Source: a virus. Taken from it: 64,000 nt of DNA. The translations under genes were made by a program, and so were the position numbers. The stretch is from positions 1 to 64,000 of the IMG/VR virus record IMGVR_UViG_3300033144_003744; one strand, 5' to 3'. The notes under the pieces were generated by a model. It did not search any database and was not told where the DNA came from. It worked only from the letters and a program-made list of their open reading frames with translations. The first letter of the stretch is position 1, and the number at the start of each line of letters is the position of its first letter. Positions 62,464 through 64,000 of this stretch are shown here, one piece after another.

Positions 62464-63006
62464 ATGTATCGTAAAAGTTTTTCAGCATATCATACGATAG
62501 TTGATGGTTACAATTTCAATATAAATGTAGAAATATATTATACAGAAACAATAAAACATTGTTTTATTTTCACACCAAATAAAATGGTAAAAATACGTTG
62601 TAAAAGATATGGTGATGAAAATAGATATGAATTAAATAAAAGGGCAAGAGAAAAATATAAAAATAATCTGGAGCCTGAAAGAAAACGTCGTAAAAAATAT
62701 TATTTAAATAATAAAGATAAATCATATCAAGCATATAAAAAATGGTGTGAAAAAAATCCTGAAAAATATAGAATTAATAAATTAAATAATTATAATAATC
62801 GTAAAGAATGGGGCATTAGTCCAATAAATGATTGGTTTAAAGGGTCTTATTTTCATCATCTTCACATAAATAATGATAAATCAATCGGTATTTATATACC
62901 TGCTGAATTACATAAATCTATATGGCATAGTTATAATAATATAAATACAATGAATAAAATTAATAAATTAGCTTTTGAATGGTTAATAATACAGGAGAAA
63001 AAATAA
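62464..63006 (+). CDS. Putative HNH-like endonuclease, paralog of 26354-26938
   Basis: WGI.PIN..F....FHHLHIN.D.SIGIYIP..LH.SI.HSY.N. Confidence 0.7.
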   Translation: MYRKSFSAYHTIVDGYNFNINVEIYYTETIKHCFIFTPNKMVKIRCKRYGDENRYELNKRAREKYKNNLEPERKRRKKYYLNNKDKSYQAYKKWCEKNPEKYRINKLNNYNNRKEWGISPINDWFKGSYFHHLHINNDKSIGIYIPAELHKSIWHSYNNINTMNKINKLAFEWLIIQEKK

Positions 63007-63039
63007 TATGATAAAAAATAATTTGGGTTGTGATTTATA

Positions 63040-63618
63040 ATGGCTGCTCCAACAACTGTTTTTAGAACATGGCCGATTACAATTGCAACTACCGCAGTTG
63101 ACACAGCAGCAGAAAGGCTTGCAGCTATAGCTGGTGAATCCAGTGTAAGTACAGGAGCAGGAAATGAATTAGATTTTGGAACAATAGACATATCAGGTGG
63201 AGCAGCGGATAGTGCGGTAAAGATGCTTATGTGGGGAGTTACAGCAGATGGTGGTAACACAACTGTAGAGACATTTAAGTTCTGGTTATCCAGTAATGGT
63301 TTTGATCAGGCAGGTACTGTAGTTAAGTTTCAACCCATATCTGGAGCAGATCAAGGGGGTCCCTCTGATACAGAAAATTATATTCAGAATGCAACTACGG
63401 GCTCTTATACCTGGGCAACCTTGGATGAATCTGAACCAGGCGCACAAAATGTATATCCATCAGATGAGGGTAGCTCAATGGCACTCAGCACCGCAGCAGA
63501 TGATACTATAATGATAGCATTATATGTTGCAGTGGCAGATTCAGAGACTACGGGCACTTTCAAAGGAACTGATGCAGGTTATGAATTCCAATATTCTTTC
63601 AAGTATAGCTATAGTTAG
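63040..63618 (+). CDS. Putative virion structural protein
   Basis: A/G/T/S-rich, LDFG.ID, terminal F.Y.YS. Confidence 0.5.
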   Translation: MAAPTTVFRTWPITIATTAVDTAAERLAAIAGESSVSTGAGNELDFGTIDISGGAADSAVKMLMWGVTADGGNTTVETFKFWLSSNGFDQAGTVVKFQPISGADQGGPSDTENYIQNATTGSYTWATLDESEPGAQNVYPSDEGSSMALSTAADDTIMIALYVAVADSETTGTFKGTDAGYEFQYSFKYSYS

Positions 63619-64000
63619 GCACTTAGATAACGAGTATAGACGCAGATGGGAATTATATTACACACCAGATAAGGTCTATGATAGCCGTGAAGTCAATTGG
63701 AAAGATATACCAAGAGATAAAGTCTATAATATAGAAGCTTATATAGAAGGTCAGGTATATGCAGTAGATAATTATTCTCCTGGCTTTATGTCATTTATTC
63801 GTTGGAGATTTGGTGGACAAGAGTGGATAGATGGGATATTACATAAGATTAATATTTGGTGTGTAGGCTGGACTGATGGAGTAACATGTTTTATGAAAGA
63901 GATACAGTTCAAGGATGGAAGTATGACTGAGAAGGAATATCCTTATGAAGATTTTAAGAAACATTTAGACAGGTGAATAACATATGAAATTTACAATAAT

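Noticed and set aside
1-64000. Stop-codon reassignment or pyrrolysine readthrough
   Set aside because: Conserved genes are full length in the standard code, and TAG, TGA and TAA all terminate genes at sensible positions.

Overview
AT-rich segment of a large head-tailed (Caudoviricetes-like) virus, most likely infecting an anaerobic euryarchaeon. Host evidence: GGTGA/GGAGG Shine-Dalgarno motifs, TTTATATA-type TATA boxes, Pth2, an ERCC4 nuclease, a fused PriS-PriL primase, a TFB-type Zn ribbon, class III RNR and a rubrerythrin-like protein. Bases 1-47.4 kb are transcribed mainly leftwards (nucleotide metabolism, replication and repair, many small early genes). Bases 48.2-64 kb run rightwards (small genes, nucleotidyltransferases, terminase, portal, structural genes). 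Main observations: (1) a complete virus-encoded ubiquitin-like operon, Ubl-E2-E1(ThiF)-JAB, whose Ubl lacks a C-terminal Gly; (2) a canonical type III hammerhead ribozyme at the end of a long structured leader of the leftward early transcript; (3) two mini-tRNA (acceptor stem + T-arm) elements, one forming the 5' leader of the Ubl gene, in a genome that encodes a CCA-adding enzyme and an RNA ligase; (4) PolB split within its proofreading domain by an intron-less HNH-AP2 gene; (5) pseudoknots at the ribosome-binding sites of two homing endonuclease genes; (6) a C5-methyltransferase with a nested alternative-frame gene. All calls come from motif reading by eye; no database searches or folding programs were run.
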